Shown here: piece after piece, positions 41,471-51,560 of the stretch
Numbering within the stretch: the stretch's first letter is position 1
How the letters are laid out: each line of letters opens with the position of its first letter
DNA from: an uncultured Flavobacteriaceae bacterium
GTDB lineage: Bacteria > Bacteroidota > Bacteroidia > Flavobacteriales > Flavobacteriaceae
Assembly: GCA_963974245.1 (NCBI GenBank)
Contig: CAXBBY010000014.1
Span: forward strand, 5,881 to 69,880
DNA length: 64,000 nucleotides
Reading direction: 5' to 3'
Program-made: the position numbers and the translations under genes
The notes under the pieces: model-generated
Databases searched by the model: none
What the model was told of the DNA's origin: nothing
Seen by the model: only the letters and a program-made list of their open reading frames with translations

Positions 41471-43357
41471 TTATTTATGGTTCATTACTTTATCAATTCT
41501 TTCTAAATCATTGTTTGTAAAAATTCCTAATAATTCTGAATCTTCCATAACCAAAACACAGGTTTTATCAATATTCATTAGTTTACCTGCTTTAGCTGTA
41601 GCTGTTTCTGGTGATAGAGAAATAAAATCGGTAGTCATTATTCTTTTAGCAATAATTTCTTTGTTTTGGGCTTTAGAAAAATCAAATTTTCGTAATTGTT
41701 CTTTTGTAATTAATCCTACAATTTTATGGTCAGTATTTACAACAGGAACATGATGAATTTTTTTCCATTCCATTATTTTAAATACTAATTCTATTAAATC
41801 ATTTTCATTAACCACAAATACTTCTGAAGACATTACTTTGTATAGTTTATCATACTTTTTAGAAATTTCTGTTGGCTTTATTTTTATATTTTCCCATTCA
41901 TGAACGGGAATATTCTGCTGTTGATTTTTATATGTATGATATGTTAATAAAACATTGGTCTCGTAATTAGAAATACTACTTACTAAGTTTCTTTTATTTC
42001 TAGATAGCCATTTGCTTCCTGTAATATTTTTATCAATACGTTGTTCTATAATTCCTAAATAATACGTAATATCGTCTTCATCAATAGTTGCTTTTTTCAA
42101 TCCTTTTTTGGCAATAGGAATTAAAATTTCTTTAACTAATTGATTCGCAGAAATACCAGTACCAAACCAATTAAAATAAGTGTTAACACCTGTTCTTGCT
42201 GCATTTAAAAAATTGCTTTTTGCATCTATAAACGGCATTGTATTCCAAATATTTTTATATTCATTTGGCATACCTTGCATTACGCCAACCCAAAATAATG
42301 CGTTTGCAATTTCATCTTTTATTGATGGTCCAGACGGAATATATCTATTTTCTATTCTTAAATGTGCAACGTTTTTATGCACTCCATAGCACAATCTATT
42401 CCATTTATACAAAGTTCCATTATGAAGATTTAAAGCTTCTAATTTTGGCATAATTCCGTTTTCTAAACACTCTAAAGAATCTTCATCAAAATCTGCAGTA
42501 ACTAGCGGGGCGTGCCTAGAAATATCATCAGTAAATAATTCTAAAACAGAATTTTTTATCCAAGAATCACCAAAAGAAACTCGTGGTTTTTGTTCTCTTA
42601 ATAAATACGATTTATTTCTTAAATCTATACTTTGTTGAAACAAGGCAATTCTGGTTTCACTCCACAACTCTTTACTAAGGAGAATTGGCGAATTTGACAT
42701 TACTGATAAAATTGGACCTGAAATTGCTTGAGACCAATTATACATATCAATTGCATTGTCTAAATCTATTTGCAAATGAATTTGAAAACTGGTATTACAT
42801 GCTTCAAACAAAATAGATTCATGTTTTAAAATAAGTTCCTCAACACCTTGTAAATGCAGTTTAAAGTCTTTACCTCTAATGTTTTTTATCACATTATTTA
42901 GTGTCTTATAACGCTCAAAAGGAGTCATGTTTTTAAAGATTAAATCTTTCTTTTTCAAAGTTGGTAAAATACCTGTTAAAATAATTTTGTCTTCATCAAA
43001 TGTATTTGCAGTAGCATTTACTTTATCTAATAATTGGGTAAGCTGATGTGCTAATTTTTTAAAACAATCTTTCTTTAGTGCAAAAGGATCTAAGTTGATT
43101 TCTAAATTAAAGAGTGCTAATTCTGTTGTAACATGAGGATCATTAACTTTTTCTAAAATTTCTAATGCTTTAAGTGACGGACGATAATCTTTATCGACAA
43201 TACATAATTCCTGCTCTGCTCCTACACGCTGAATACCTTTTTCAAATACATCATTTTTAATCATGTATTCGAAAGCTTTGATATCATTTAACAAATGACA
43301 CACAAAATCTTTTCGTTGCTTTTGTGTTTTAATTGCTTTTACAGATTGCGAGCCCAT
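41471..43357 (-). CDS. Glutamate-cysteine ligase family 2 (GCS2/YbdK-like) domain fused to a C-terminal CBS pair
   Basis: GAEQE, TELALFNLEIN, SFQIHLQ, IENRYIPSGP; C-terminal VMS...IHHVPVV...GLIT / IMT...VLVM..LLGIFT CBS repeats. Confidence 0.75.
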   Translation of the reverse strand: MGSQSVKAIKTQKQRKDFVCHLLNDIKAFEYMIKNDVFEKGIQRVGAEQELCIVDKDYRPSLKALEILEKVNDPHVTTELALFNLEINLDPFALKKDCFKKLAHQLTQLLDKVNATANTFDEDKIILTGILPTLKKKDLIFKNMTPFERYKTLNNVIKNIRGKDFKLHLQGVEELILKHESILFEACNTSFQIHLQIDLDNAIDMYNWSQAISGPILSVMSNSPILLSKELWSETRIALFQQSIDLRNKSYLLREQKPRVSFGDSWIKNSVLELFTDDISRHAPLVTADFDEDSLECLENGIMPKLEALNLHNGTLYKWNRLCYGVHKNVAHLRIENRYIPSGPSIKDEIANALFWVGVMQGMPNEYKNIWNTMPFIDAKSNFLNAARTGVNTYFNWFGTGISANQLVKEILIPIAKKGLKKATIDEDDITYYLGIIEQRIDKNITGSKWLSRNKRNLVSSISNYETNVLLTYHTYKNQQQNIPVHEWENIKIKPTEISKKYDKLYKVMSSEVFVVNENDLIELVFKIMEWKKIHHVPVVNTDHKIVGLITKEQLRKFDFSKAQNKEIIAKRIMTTDFISLSPETATAKAGKLMNIDKTCVLVMEDSELLGIFTNNDLERIDKVMNHK

Positions 43358-43463
43358 ACCTCTATTTTAAAACTTGTTACGCTAAGTACTAAAATAGTTG
43401 GCAAATTAAATATGATAAATATCAGTAGTAGAACAGTTTAAAAAAAGATATACTTTTTATAAC

Positions 43464-44702
43464 TTATTTACTTAGTTTCTTCACCAACTTTCCTACAGTT
43501 AACCCTTGTACGATGATAGAAAAAATTACAACAATGTAGGTAATTACTAAGAATAAATCTCTGTGCATTTCGTTGGTTAAACCTAAAGCCAACGCTATTG
43601 AAATTCCGCCACGCAAACCACCCCAAGTCATAATTAAGTTTGTTTTAGGTACAAAATCTAGTTTCTTTTTAAAGAAGTTAATCGGAATTAATAAAGACAA
43701 ATATCTACATGCTAAAATTAACGGAATGGCAATTAAACCTGCAATAATATAATCACCTTTAACAACTAAAACAAGCATTTCCATCCCTATCATTACAAAC
43801 AAAATAGCATTCAATAAAATATCGAGTAATTCCCAAAACTTATCTACATAATGTTCTGTAGTTTCAGACATTGCAGCGTTTCTAACAGTATCATTACCCA
43901 CAATTAAACCAGCAGTAACCATTGCTAATGGCGCAGACAAATGCAAATACTGAGCAATTACTGTTCCGCCCATAACCGCAGCAACGGTTATAATCACTTC
44001 AATATCATAATCATCTATAGATTTTAACAAACGATACGTTATCCAGCCTAAAATAGCTCCTAGCAAAATGCCTCCTACTACTTCTTTTCCAAATAATTGG
44101 AATACATCTAACACTTCTATTTTATCTACTCCAAAAGAAGCAATTTCAAAAATAGTTAAGAAAACAACTACGCCAACGCCATCATTAAATAAAGATTCCC
44201 CTACAATTTTAGTTTCTAGTTTTTTAGGAACATTTGCTTTCTTTAAAATACCTAAAACAGCAATTGGATCTGTTGGAGATATCAACGCACCAAATAACAA
44301 ACAGTAAATAAATCCGATTTGCATTCCAAATAACTGCAATACAAAATACATGCTTATTCCTACCAAAAATGTAGAAGTTAATACACCTAAAGTAGAGAAC
44401 ATTAAAACCGGCCAACGTTGTATTTTTAATTGCTTAAAATTAGTGTGTAAAGCACCTGCAAACAACAAGAAACTCAGCATTTCTTCTAACAACAACTCTC
44501 TAAAATCTAATTTAGAAATCATTTCTTTCTCAAAGTTTAATAGCGTTGGATCTAGATAACTTAGTCCAATAACACCCAAAGTAAACACAATGGTGATAAT
44601 CATTAGACCAATGGTGTTTGGTAGCTTTAAAAAGCGCACATTGATATAACCAAATATTGCTGATAAAAAGATAAGTATTGTTGCTATTAAATATGCATCC
44701 AT
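43464..44702 (-). CDS. Na+/H+ antiporter, CPA1 (NhaP-like)
   Basis: FLLFAGAL, ISPTDPIAV, GESLFNDGVGVV, WGGLRGGISIALAL. Confidence 0.9.
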   Translation of the reverse strand: MDAYLIATILIFLSAIFGYINVRFLKLPNTIGLMIITIVFTLGVIGLSYLDPTLLNFEKEMISKLDFRELLLEEMLSFLLFAGALHTNFKQLKIQRWPVLMFSTLGVLTSTFLVGISMYFVLQLFGMQIGFIYCLLFGALISPTDPIAVLGILKKANVPKKLETKIVGESLFNDGVGVVVFLTIFEIASFGVDKIEVLDVFQLFGKEVVGGILLGAILGWITYRLLKSIDDYDIEVIITVAAVMGGTVIAQYLHLSAPLAMVTAGLIVGNDTVRNAAMSETTEHYVDKFWELLDILLNAILFVMIGMEMLVLVVKGDYIIAGLIAIPLILACRYLSLLIPINFFKKKLDFVPKTNLIMTWGGLRGGISIALALGLTNEMHRDLFLVITYIVVIFSIIVQGLTVGKLVKKLSK

Positions 44703-44730
44703 TGTTGGTTGTTTTTTATAGTATATGTTT

Positions 44731-45006
44731 CCTCGATCTTGCCTTGCCGGCAGGTGCAGTTGAGAGGCAATTGTTAAGCAATTACAAATATAGGAATAGT
44801 AAAAATTCTCGACTGGGCTAGATTAGATATTTTTAATGAATACAAAACAATAAATCAGCCAATCGGCTGCTTTTTTAGTTTACAAGTATGTTTTCATTTC
44901 TAATTCATCTAAATGTCTGGTCGAACTTGTCCTATCGAGCGCAGTCTAATTTGTCATATCGAGCGCAGTCGAGTTACAAGACCTCATAACACTTCTCGAG
45001 GAGACA
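44731..45006. repeat. Cluster of REP-like units between glyA and the antiporter gene
   Basis: 24-bp tandem TTGTCCTATCGAGCGCAGTCTAAT / TTGTCATATCGAGCGCAGTCGAGT (44927-44974); opposite-facing degenerate copy TTCTCGACTGGGCTAG (44806); CCTCGA..GCAGTTGAGAGG with nested TGCCGGCA (44731-44767). Confidence 0.75.
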
Positions 45007-45016
45007 ATCTTATAGT

Positions 45017-46291
45017 TTACATAACAAACAATCTTCTTGCGCTCATCATCTCTTCTACTCGCTCTCCAATTCCTGATAAAGCTTCGTCATTATTGTGATT
45101 CTGAATAGCTTCATCTATAAAATTTACAATGGTTTGCATGTCTGCTGCTTTTAATCCTCTTGTGGTTACAGCTGCAGTTCCAACTCTTATCCCAGAAGTT
45201 ACAAACGGACTTTTATCATCAAAAGGAACCATGTTCTTGTTTACGGTAATATCTGCTTTCCCCAATGCAATCTCTGCATCTTTACCAGAAATGTTTTTGT
45301 TACGCATGTCAATCAACATCATATGATTGTCTGTTCCACCAGAAATAATATCATATCCTTTTGCTACCAATGCTGCTGCCATTGCCGCTGCATTTTCTTT
45401 TACTTGTAATTGATATTCTAAAAACTCATCGGTCAATGCTTCTCCAAAAGCAACTGCTTTGGCAGCAATTACGTGTTCTAATGGGCCACCTTGATTTCCA
45501 GGAAATACCGCCGAGTTAATTAAAGTGGACATCTTTTTAGGTTTTCCGCTTTTTAAGGTTTCTCCAAAAGGATTGTCAAAATCTTTTCCAATTAGTATCA
45601 TTCCTCCTCTTGGTCCACGCAATGTTTTGTGTGTTGTTGTTGTTACAATATGACAATGAGGTAATGGATCATTTAAAATTCCTTTAGCAATCAACCCTGC
45701 AGGATGCGAAATATCTGCCATTAAAATAGCACCCACACTATCTGCAATTTTTCTAAAACGTTTAAAATCAATATCTCTAGAATACGCTGAAGCGCCCGCA
45801 ATAATTAACTTTGGTTGCTCTTTGGTTGCTGTTTCTTGTATTTTATCATAATTTAAGACTCCGGTTTCTTTTTCTACTCCATAAAAAGAAGTCGTGTATA
45901 ATTTACCCGAAAAATTTACTGGAGAACCATGTGTTAAATGTCCGCCATGCGATAAATCGAATCCTAAGATTTTATCTCCTGGTTTTAAACAAGCAGCATA
46001 CACTGCCGTATTTGCTTGACTTCCAGAATGTGGTTGCACATTTACATATTCAGCACCAAACAATTCTTTGGCTCTATCAATAGCAATTTGCTCAACTACA
46101 TCAACAATTTCACATCCGCCGTAATAGCGTTTTCCTGGATATCCTTCTGCATATTTATTGGTTAACACCGAGCCTTGAGCTTGCATTACTTGATCGCTTA
46201 CAAAGTTTTCTGAAGCAATTAATTCTAGTCCGTTTTGTTGTCTTTCCTTTTCTTCTTGAATCAGGTCAAAAATTTGATTATCTAGTTGCAT
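45017..46291 (-). CDS. glyA: Serine hydroxymethyltransferase
   Basis: [44 protein letters not shown]. Confidence 0.97.
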   Translation of the reverse strand: MQLDNQIFDLIQEEKERQQNGLELIASENFVSDQVMQAQGSVLTNKYAEGYPGKRYYGGCEIVDVVEQIAIDRAKELFGAEYVNVQPHSGSQANTAVYAACLKPGDKILGFDLSHGGHLTHGSPVNFSGKLYTTSFYGVEKETGVLNYDKIQETATKEQPKLIIAGASAYSRDIDFKRFRKIADSVGAILMADISHPAGLIAKGILNDPLPHCHIVTTTTHKTLRGPRGGMILIGKDFDNPFGETLKSGKPKKMSTLINSAVFPGNQGGPLEHVIAAKAVAFGEALTDEFLEYQLQVKENAAAMAAALVAKGYDIISGGTDNHMMLIDMRNKNISGKDAEIALGKADITVNKNMVPFDDKSPFVTSGIRVGTAAVTTRGLKAADMQTIVNFIDEAIQNHNNDEALSGIGERVEEMMSARRLFVM

Positions 46292-46328
46292 TGTTGTTTG
46301 TTTAAATAAAGCTTTATTAAAAGATTCT

Positions 46329-46377
46329 CAAAAGTAGTAAAAATCATTTTGCAACTAACAACTTTCTACTATATTTG
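46329..46377. promoter_or_regulatory. Divergent sigma70 -7 boxes for glyA and fahA
   Basis: CAAAAGTA (minus-strand TACTTTTG) at 46329-46336; TATATTTG at 46370-46377 with TTTG at 46348-46351. Confidence 0.6.
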
Positions 46378-46426
46378 ATAAAAAATTAATAACATTGGTT
46401 AAAACCCAATACATAGATAAATTCAG

Positions 46427-47716
46427 ATGAAATTAACTGCAAATAACCCCAATAGAAAATCGTGGCTTGATGTTTCTAAAGATTCAGATTTCCCAATTCA
46501 AAATATACCTTTTGGTGTATTTATTACCAAAGACGATATTATTACCATCGGAACACGGATTGGAGATTACGCTATCGATTTAGGTGCATTGCATCAATTA
46601 GGATACTTTGAAGGCATACCACTTACAGATGATATCTTTTTACAGGATTCTTTAAATGATTTTATTGCAGACGGACGCAAAACATGGCGTTTGGTACGTA
46701 ACAGAATTGCAGATATTTTTGATGTTACCAAAAGTGGTTTAAGAGACCATAAAGAACACAAAGCAGAAATCATTTTTAGAATGGATGATATTGAAATGTT
46801 ATTGCCTGTAACTGTTGGTGATTACACAGATTTCTATGCAAGTAAAGAACACGCAACCAATGTAGGTACTTTATTCCGTGATCCAGAAAATGCATTGATG
46901 CCTAACTGGTTACACGTACCTATTGGATATCATGGTAGAAGTTCTTCTATCATTCCATCTGGAACACCTATTAGAAGACCTTACGGACAATCGAAACCTG
47001 CAGAAGGAAGCACAGTGCCAACTTTTGGTCCTTCGCGTTTGTTAGATTTCGAATTAGAAATGGCGTTTATTACTACAGATTCTAATACCTTAGGAGATCG
47101 TATTTCTATTGAAGAAGCAGAAGAATATATCTTCGGTATGGTGTTGTTTAACGACTGGTCTGCAAGAGACATACAAGGATGGGAATACCAACCTTTAGGT
47201 CCGTTTTTAGGAAAAAACTTTGCATCAACCATTTCTCCTTGGATTGTTACTTTGGATGCTTTAGAACCTTTTAGAACTGATAATCCGAAGCAAGTGCACG
47301 AACCTTTACCTTATTTACAAGTAGAAGGACAAAAAAGTTACGATATTAAATTACAAGTGGGTATTAAACCAGACGGAAAAGAAGAAACGGTAGTTGCCAA
47401 TTCTAACTTTAAATATATGTATTGGACGATGGTCCAACAATTGGCGCATCATACCATAAATGGTTGTCCGGTTGAAGCTGGAGATATGATGGGTTCTGGT
47501 ACTATTTCTGGCCCTACAAAAGACAGTTATGGTTCTATGCTAGAGTTGTCTTGGGCAGGACAAAAACCAATCAAATTAAACGACGGTTCTGAACGTAAAT
47601 TCATCAATGATAATGATACGGTAATAATGCGTGCACATTGTAAAAATGATGAGCGTAGAATTGGTTTTGGAGAATGTACTGGTAAAGTATTGCCTGCAAT
47701 ACCTTTTAAGAAATAG
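46427..47716 (+). CDS. fahA: Fumarylacetoacetase
   Basis: DFPIQNIPFGVF, GDYTDFYAS.EHA.NVG, YHGRSSS, LDFELE, NDWSARDIQ.WEY.PLGPF.GK. Confidence 0.93.
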   Translation: MKLTANNPNRKSWLDVSKDSDFPIQNIPFGVFITKDDIITIGTRIGDYAIDLGALHQLGYFEGIPLTDDIFLQDSLNDFIADGRKTWRLVRNRIADIFDVTKSGLRDHKEHKAEIIFRMDDIEMLLPVTVGDYTDFYASKEHATNVGTLFRDPENALMPNWLHVPIGYHGRSSSIIPSGTPIRRPYGQSKPAEGSTVPTFGPSRLLDFELEMAFITTDSNTLGDRISIEEAEEYIFGMVLFNDWSARDIQGWEYQPLGPFLGKNFASTISPWIVTLDALEPFRTDNPKQVHEPLPYLQVEGQKSYDIKLQVGIKPDGKEETVVANSNFKYMYWTMVQQLAHHTINGCPVEAGDMMGSGTISGPTKDSYGSMLELSWAGQKPIKLNDGSERKFINDNDTVIMRAHCKNDERRIGFGECTGKVLPAIPFKK

Positions 47717-47739
47717 TGTTTAAAACACTTTCAAATATT

Positions 47740-47773
47740 AAAAAAGGACGCTCTTGGAGTGTCCTTTTTTTTT
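47740..47773. terminator. Bidirectional intrinsic terminator
   Basis: AAAAAAGGACGCTC-TTG-GAGTGTCCTTTTTTTTT. Confidence 0.85.
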
Positions 47774-47795
47774 GTTCTACCCTATTTTATCTTAG

Positions 47796-47845
47796 TTTCA
47801 TTCCTGCCTTTCGACTTCGCTCAAGATAAACTCTGGCAGGAATCT
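47796..47845. repeat. Nested REP-like elements
   Basis: ATTCCTGCC (47800-47808) / GGCAGGAAT (47835-47843) inverted repeat encloses the unit TTTCGACTTCGCTCAAGATAAACT. Confidence 0.75.
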
Positions 47846-47961
47846 TATCAACAAAATAGTAAAACTTATTTTAGCTCTTATTCTTTTCCATTGATGAAAA
47901 GAACCAAAAATCTAGTCTTATTATAATTTTATCGAATTCTAAAAAGTTATTCCACTATCGC

Positions 47962-48012
47962 GTCCAGACATTTTATTTAGTTCCCCAATCAAGTTGAGGA
48001 CATGCTTTGGAC
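47962..48012. repeat. Degenerate nested hairpin element
   Basis: GTCCA...TGGAC enclosing TCCCCAA-TCAAG-TTGAGGA. Confidence 0.4.
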
Positions 48013-48118
48013 ACTTAGCCGTTTCATAGAAATCAAATTCTTACAAAAAACAAAATAGGTCGGTTTCAGATTGTTACTTTACTTCTTTATCCATTAATTT
48101 TTTGTTGTTTATTTGGAT

Positions 48119-50995
48119 TTACCCAGTCATTCCTGTAATAAATACATCAATGTACTTTTTCATTTTCAACAAGATTCTTTCTCCAATTTCACGTGCTTTT
48201 AAAATACTTGGTCTATTGTCTAAACATTTAAAAACATCTTGTCTAATGGGTTCTTGACCATTATACACATAACTTTCTATTAAAGAATTGAATTGTTGTT
48301 GGTCTAGATTCTCTTCTTTACAAATCTTTGATAATGCAATTACTTTTTGTTGCTGCCAATATTTCTCAAATTCATCTGGTATGGCATCTACATCACTAAT
48401 ATTTGGTAGATTTTCTTCTATAAATTTTTCTATCAGTTCTCGTTTACTTCTTAATTTTACTTCACCTCCCAATAAATCAATAATTGCTTTTTTCTGTTTG
48501 GCAGCTTCAGATTTGTCTGTAGTTTTTAATCTGGCTAATAATTGTAATATATAAACTACATTAATTTGGTCTCTATGAATTAATTCTAACTCAAAATCGA
48601 TATCATTTAAAATAGATGTTTTTTGAGCAGGATTGTTAACTTTTATAGTCTCGTATAAATCTAAATATTTGCTTTTATAATCTTCAAAAGTTTGTTCGTC
48701 TATGCCTACATCTTCCCAATTAAAATCTACATAAGATTCTAGTACGTTTTTAGTTCTTAGAACTCTTCTAAAAGCTTGTACAAAAGCTAATTGCTGCTCC
48801 TCTCCTAGCAAATCATCTACACTTTTATAGGTGGGTGTAATGGTTAATAAAGTTTCTAAAGCTTCATCAAATTTAGTAGCAATACTGTCATAAGGTGGAA
48901 TTATAATAGATTCGTTGGCATCTTTATTAGAAAATAAGGTAATGGCATCATCTGTAGCCTTTTTTAAGTTTCTAAAACATAAAATATTCCCTTGCGATTT
49001 CTTTTCTCCTAAAATTCTATTGGTTCTAGAAAATGCCTGAATTAAACCATGTTGTTTTAAATTCTTATCTACATACAAGGTATTTACTTTCTTTGCATCA
49101 AAACCAGTCAACATCATATTTACAACGATAACAATGTCTAAACGGTCTTTAGCATCGTTAAAATTGGCTTTTTCTCTGTCTTTTAAACGTTTGCTTATAT
49201 TCTTAAAGTAATTCTCAAACTGTTTACTATCTTTTGTCGAAAAGCTAGTATTGTACATTTTGTTATAATCTGCAATAAAAGCATCTAGTTTTTCTCTTGA
49301 ATGACTTGATGTGTAGTTGGTATCACTTTCAGCAGCTACATTAAATTCATCATCATCTGGTAAATGATCTTGTGCATCTTCATCTGCTTCATTGGCTCCA
49401 TAAGAAAAAATGGTAGCAATTCTTAAATTGTGTTCTCCTTTTAGTTTTTTCTCTTGAAAAATATCATAATACTTAATCAAGGTTTTTATATTGGAAACTG
49501 CAAATAAAGCTGAGTATTCTTTATTAAACGTTTTTTGACCATGATAGGCAATAATATAATCTGCAATTTTATTTAATCTTCTTTCATCAGCAAATACTTC
49601 TGCTTTATCTATATCTTCTACTTCAATATCTAGTAAGGTTCTGCCTTTTTGTTTGTATCTACCAATGTATTCGATTCCGAATTTTAAAACATTATCATCT
49701 GCAATGGCATCTGTAATTACATATTTATGTAAACAGTCGCCAAACAAATCTTTAGTGGTTCTTTTTCCTAAATCGTTTTTAGAGGCGTTGTCTGCAAAAA
49801 TGGGAGTTCCTGTAAAACCGAATAATTGACTATTGGTAAAATAATCGGTTATTTTATTGTGCGTATCTCCAAACTGACTTCTATGGCATTCGTCAAAAAT
49901 AAGTACCACTCGCCTATTCTTTAAACCCGCTAATTTCTTGTCATATTGATTTTTAGAAATCGCATTATTTAGTTTTTGTATGGTGGTTAACACCAATTTA
50001 GAATCGTCTGCCAATTGTTTAACCAAACTGTTTGTATTATTGGTAACATCTACACTATCTTTTTTAAAAGAATTAAATTCTTTCATGGTTTGGTAGTCTA
50101 AATCTTTTCTATCTACCACAAACAACACTTTATCTACAGTGGGCAAATCCATAATAATCTGACTTGCTTTAAAAGAAGTTAGCGTTTTACCAGAACCTGT
50201 TGTATGCCATATATATGCGTTGTCTGTATTGTTTTGTACTTGTGCCACCAACTTTTCTACGGCATAAAATTGATACGGTCTTAACACCATTAATATTTTA
50301 TGTGTTTCGCTTCTTACAATATACTTGGCAATCATTAACCCTAAATGATCTGGATGTAGAAAAGCAGCAGTAAAATGGGTGAGTTCTTTTATGTTTTTAT
50401 TGTGTACATCAGACCAGAAAAACGTTTGTTTTACAGATTGTAAAGCATTGTTTGCTAAATACTTTGTATTTACGCCGTTACTAATTACAAACAACTGTAC
50501 GTATTGAAACAATCCATGATTAGACCAAAAAGAATGTCTTTGATACCTATTAATTTGGTTAAATGCTTCTTTAATTTCTAAACCTCTACGTTTTAACTCT
50601 ATTTGTACCAATGGCAAACCATTAACTAACAACGTAACGTCGTATCTGTTTTTGTAAGTACCTTCTTGTGCTATTTGGTTAGTGACTTGAAACAAATTAG
50701 CATTCCAATCTTCACTATTAAAAAAACGAATATAAGTAGCTTCTCCGTTATCATTTACAAACTGAAAACGACCTCTTAACGTTTTAGACTTTTCAAACAC
50801 ATTGCCTTTTGCTAAATGGTTTAAAATAGTTTCAAACTCTTTATCTGAAAACGTAAGTTGATTAAATTGCTCTAATTGACTTTTTAAATTAGCAACCAAT
50901 GCAGAACCATCTATTACCGTTACTTTTTTATAACCTAAACCAACTAATTGTTTTATTAGGTTGTTTTCTAGTTGAAGTTCTGATTGTTTTGACAT
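48119..50995 (-). CDS. hsdR: Type I restriction endonuclease subunit R
   Basis: YD...NGLPLVQIELK (PD-ExK), HTTGSGKT Walker A, DECHRSQFG, FTGTP, MLTGFDA, QAFSRTNR. Confidence 0.95.
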   Translation of the reverse strand: MSKQSELQLENNLIKQLVGLGYKKVTVIDGSALVANLKSQLEQFNQLTFSDKEFETILNHLAKGNVFEKSKTLRGRFQFVNDNGEATYIRFFNSEDWNANLFQVTNQIAQEGTYKNRYDVTLLVNGLPLVQIELKRRGLEIKEAFNQINRYQRHSFWSNHGLFQYVQLFVISNGVNTKYLANNALQSVKQTFFWSDVHNKNIKELTHFTAAFLHPDHLGLMIAKYIVRSETHKILMVLRPYQFYAVEKLVAQVQNNTDNAYIWHTTGSGKTLTSFKASQIIMDLPTVDKVLFVVDRKDLDYQTMKEFNSFKKDSVDVTNNTNSLVKQLADDSKLVLTTIQKLNNAISKNQYDKKLAGLKNRRVVLIFDECHRSQFGDTHNKITDYFTNSQLFGFTGTPIFADNASKNDLGKRTTKDLFGDCLHKYVITDAIADDNVLKFGIEYIGRYKQKGRTLLDIEVEDIDKAEVFADERRLNKIADYIIAYHGQKTFNKEYSALFAVSNIKTLIKYYDIFQEKKLKGEHNLRIATIFSYGANEADEDAQDHLPDDDEFNVAAESDTNYTSSHSREKLDAFIADYNKMYNTSFSTKDSKQFENYFKNISKRLKDREKANFNDAKDRLDIVIVVNMMLTGFDAKKVNTLYVDKNLKQHGLIQAFSRTNRILGEKKSQGNILCFRNLKKATDDAITLFSNKDANESIIIPPYDSIATKFDEALETLLTITPTYKSVDDLLGEEQQLAFVQAFRRVLRTKNVLESYVDFNWEDVGIDEQTFEDYKSKYLDLYETIKVNNPAQKTSILNDIDFELELIHRDQINVVYILQLLARLKTTDKSEAAKQKKAIIDLLGGEVKLRSKRELIEKFIEENLPNISDVDAIPDEFEKYWQQQKVIALSKICKEENLDQQQFNSLIESYVYNGQEPIRQDVFKCLDNRPSILKAREIGERILLKMKKYIDVFITGMTG

Positions 50996-50998
50996 AAC

Positions 50999-51547
50999 TT
51001 AATTTCTATCAAATATTTTTAATTCTAATTCAGCTAAAGATAAATCTTTAAATTCTTTTAGATGGTCTGTAATTAATTTAGCCTTATTAATTACTTTTCT
51101 ATAATGTGTATCATCTTCAAATTGAGTCCAAGGCAATAATGTTAAAGAATCTAATTTATTGTCTTTTAATATTTTAATTATTTTCTCTTGTATAATTCTA
51201 TCTACAGGAAAATGTGGTGGTCTAGGTATTTCTTTTAAACACCATAAATATTTTAAATAAAGATTGATTAGTTTTTGAGCAATTCCAAAATTAATAGGAA
51301 TACAGTTCCCTTCAATTGTTAGGTTATTACTGAACTTAACCAATTCTTTAATGGTTTCTATATGTTGCTCCTCCTCTACTTTTTGATAATATTTCTCTTT
51401 TATAAAACTTTCTACTTTTTCTCTTAATGCTTTTCTAAAATCAGTCCTAATTTTCTCTGAATAGTTTTCTTTATAAATATTTGCACGTTGAAAAGCTCCA
51501 CCAAAAGTGAGTATCCAAATTTCATTATTTAAAAATTCTTTTTTCAT
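50999..51547 (-). CDS. Accessory protein inside the type I R-M operon; candidate HhH-GPD/AGOG-like DNA glycosylase
   Basis: ATG at 51547 (or TTG 51568 overlapping hsdS); stop 3 nt before hsdR. Motif FGIAQKLINLYLKYLW...PPHFPVDRII. The function call is an inference. Confidence 0.55.
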   Translation of the reverse strand: MKKEFLNNEIWILTFGGAFQRANIYKENYSEKIRTDFRKALREKVESFIKEKYYQKVEEEQHIETIKELVKFSNNLTIEGNCIPINFGIAQKLINLYLKYLWCLKEIPRPPHFPVDRIIQEKIIKILKDNKLDSLTLLPWTQFEDDTHYRKVINKAKLITDHLKEFKDLSLAELELKIFDRN

Positions 51548-51560
51548 AGCTTCTATTTTA

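Noticed and set aside
44913-45098. 61-aa plus-strand ORF (CPIERSLICHIERSR)
   Set aside because: It is a translation of the REP-like tandem units and overlaps the glyA 3' end antisense; there is no promoter or coding signal.
46427-47716. fahA without adjacent hppD/hmgA
   Set aside because: Scattered tyrosine-catabolism genes are ordinary; the rest of the genome is not visible.
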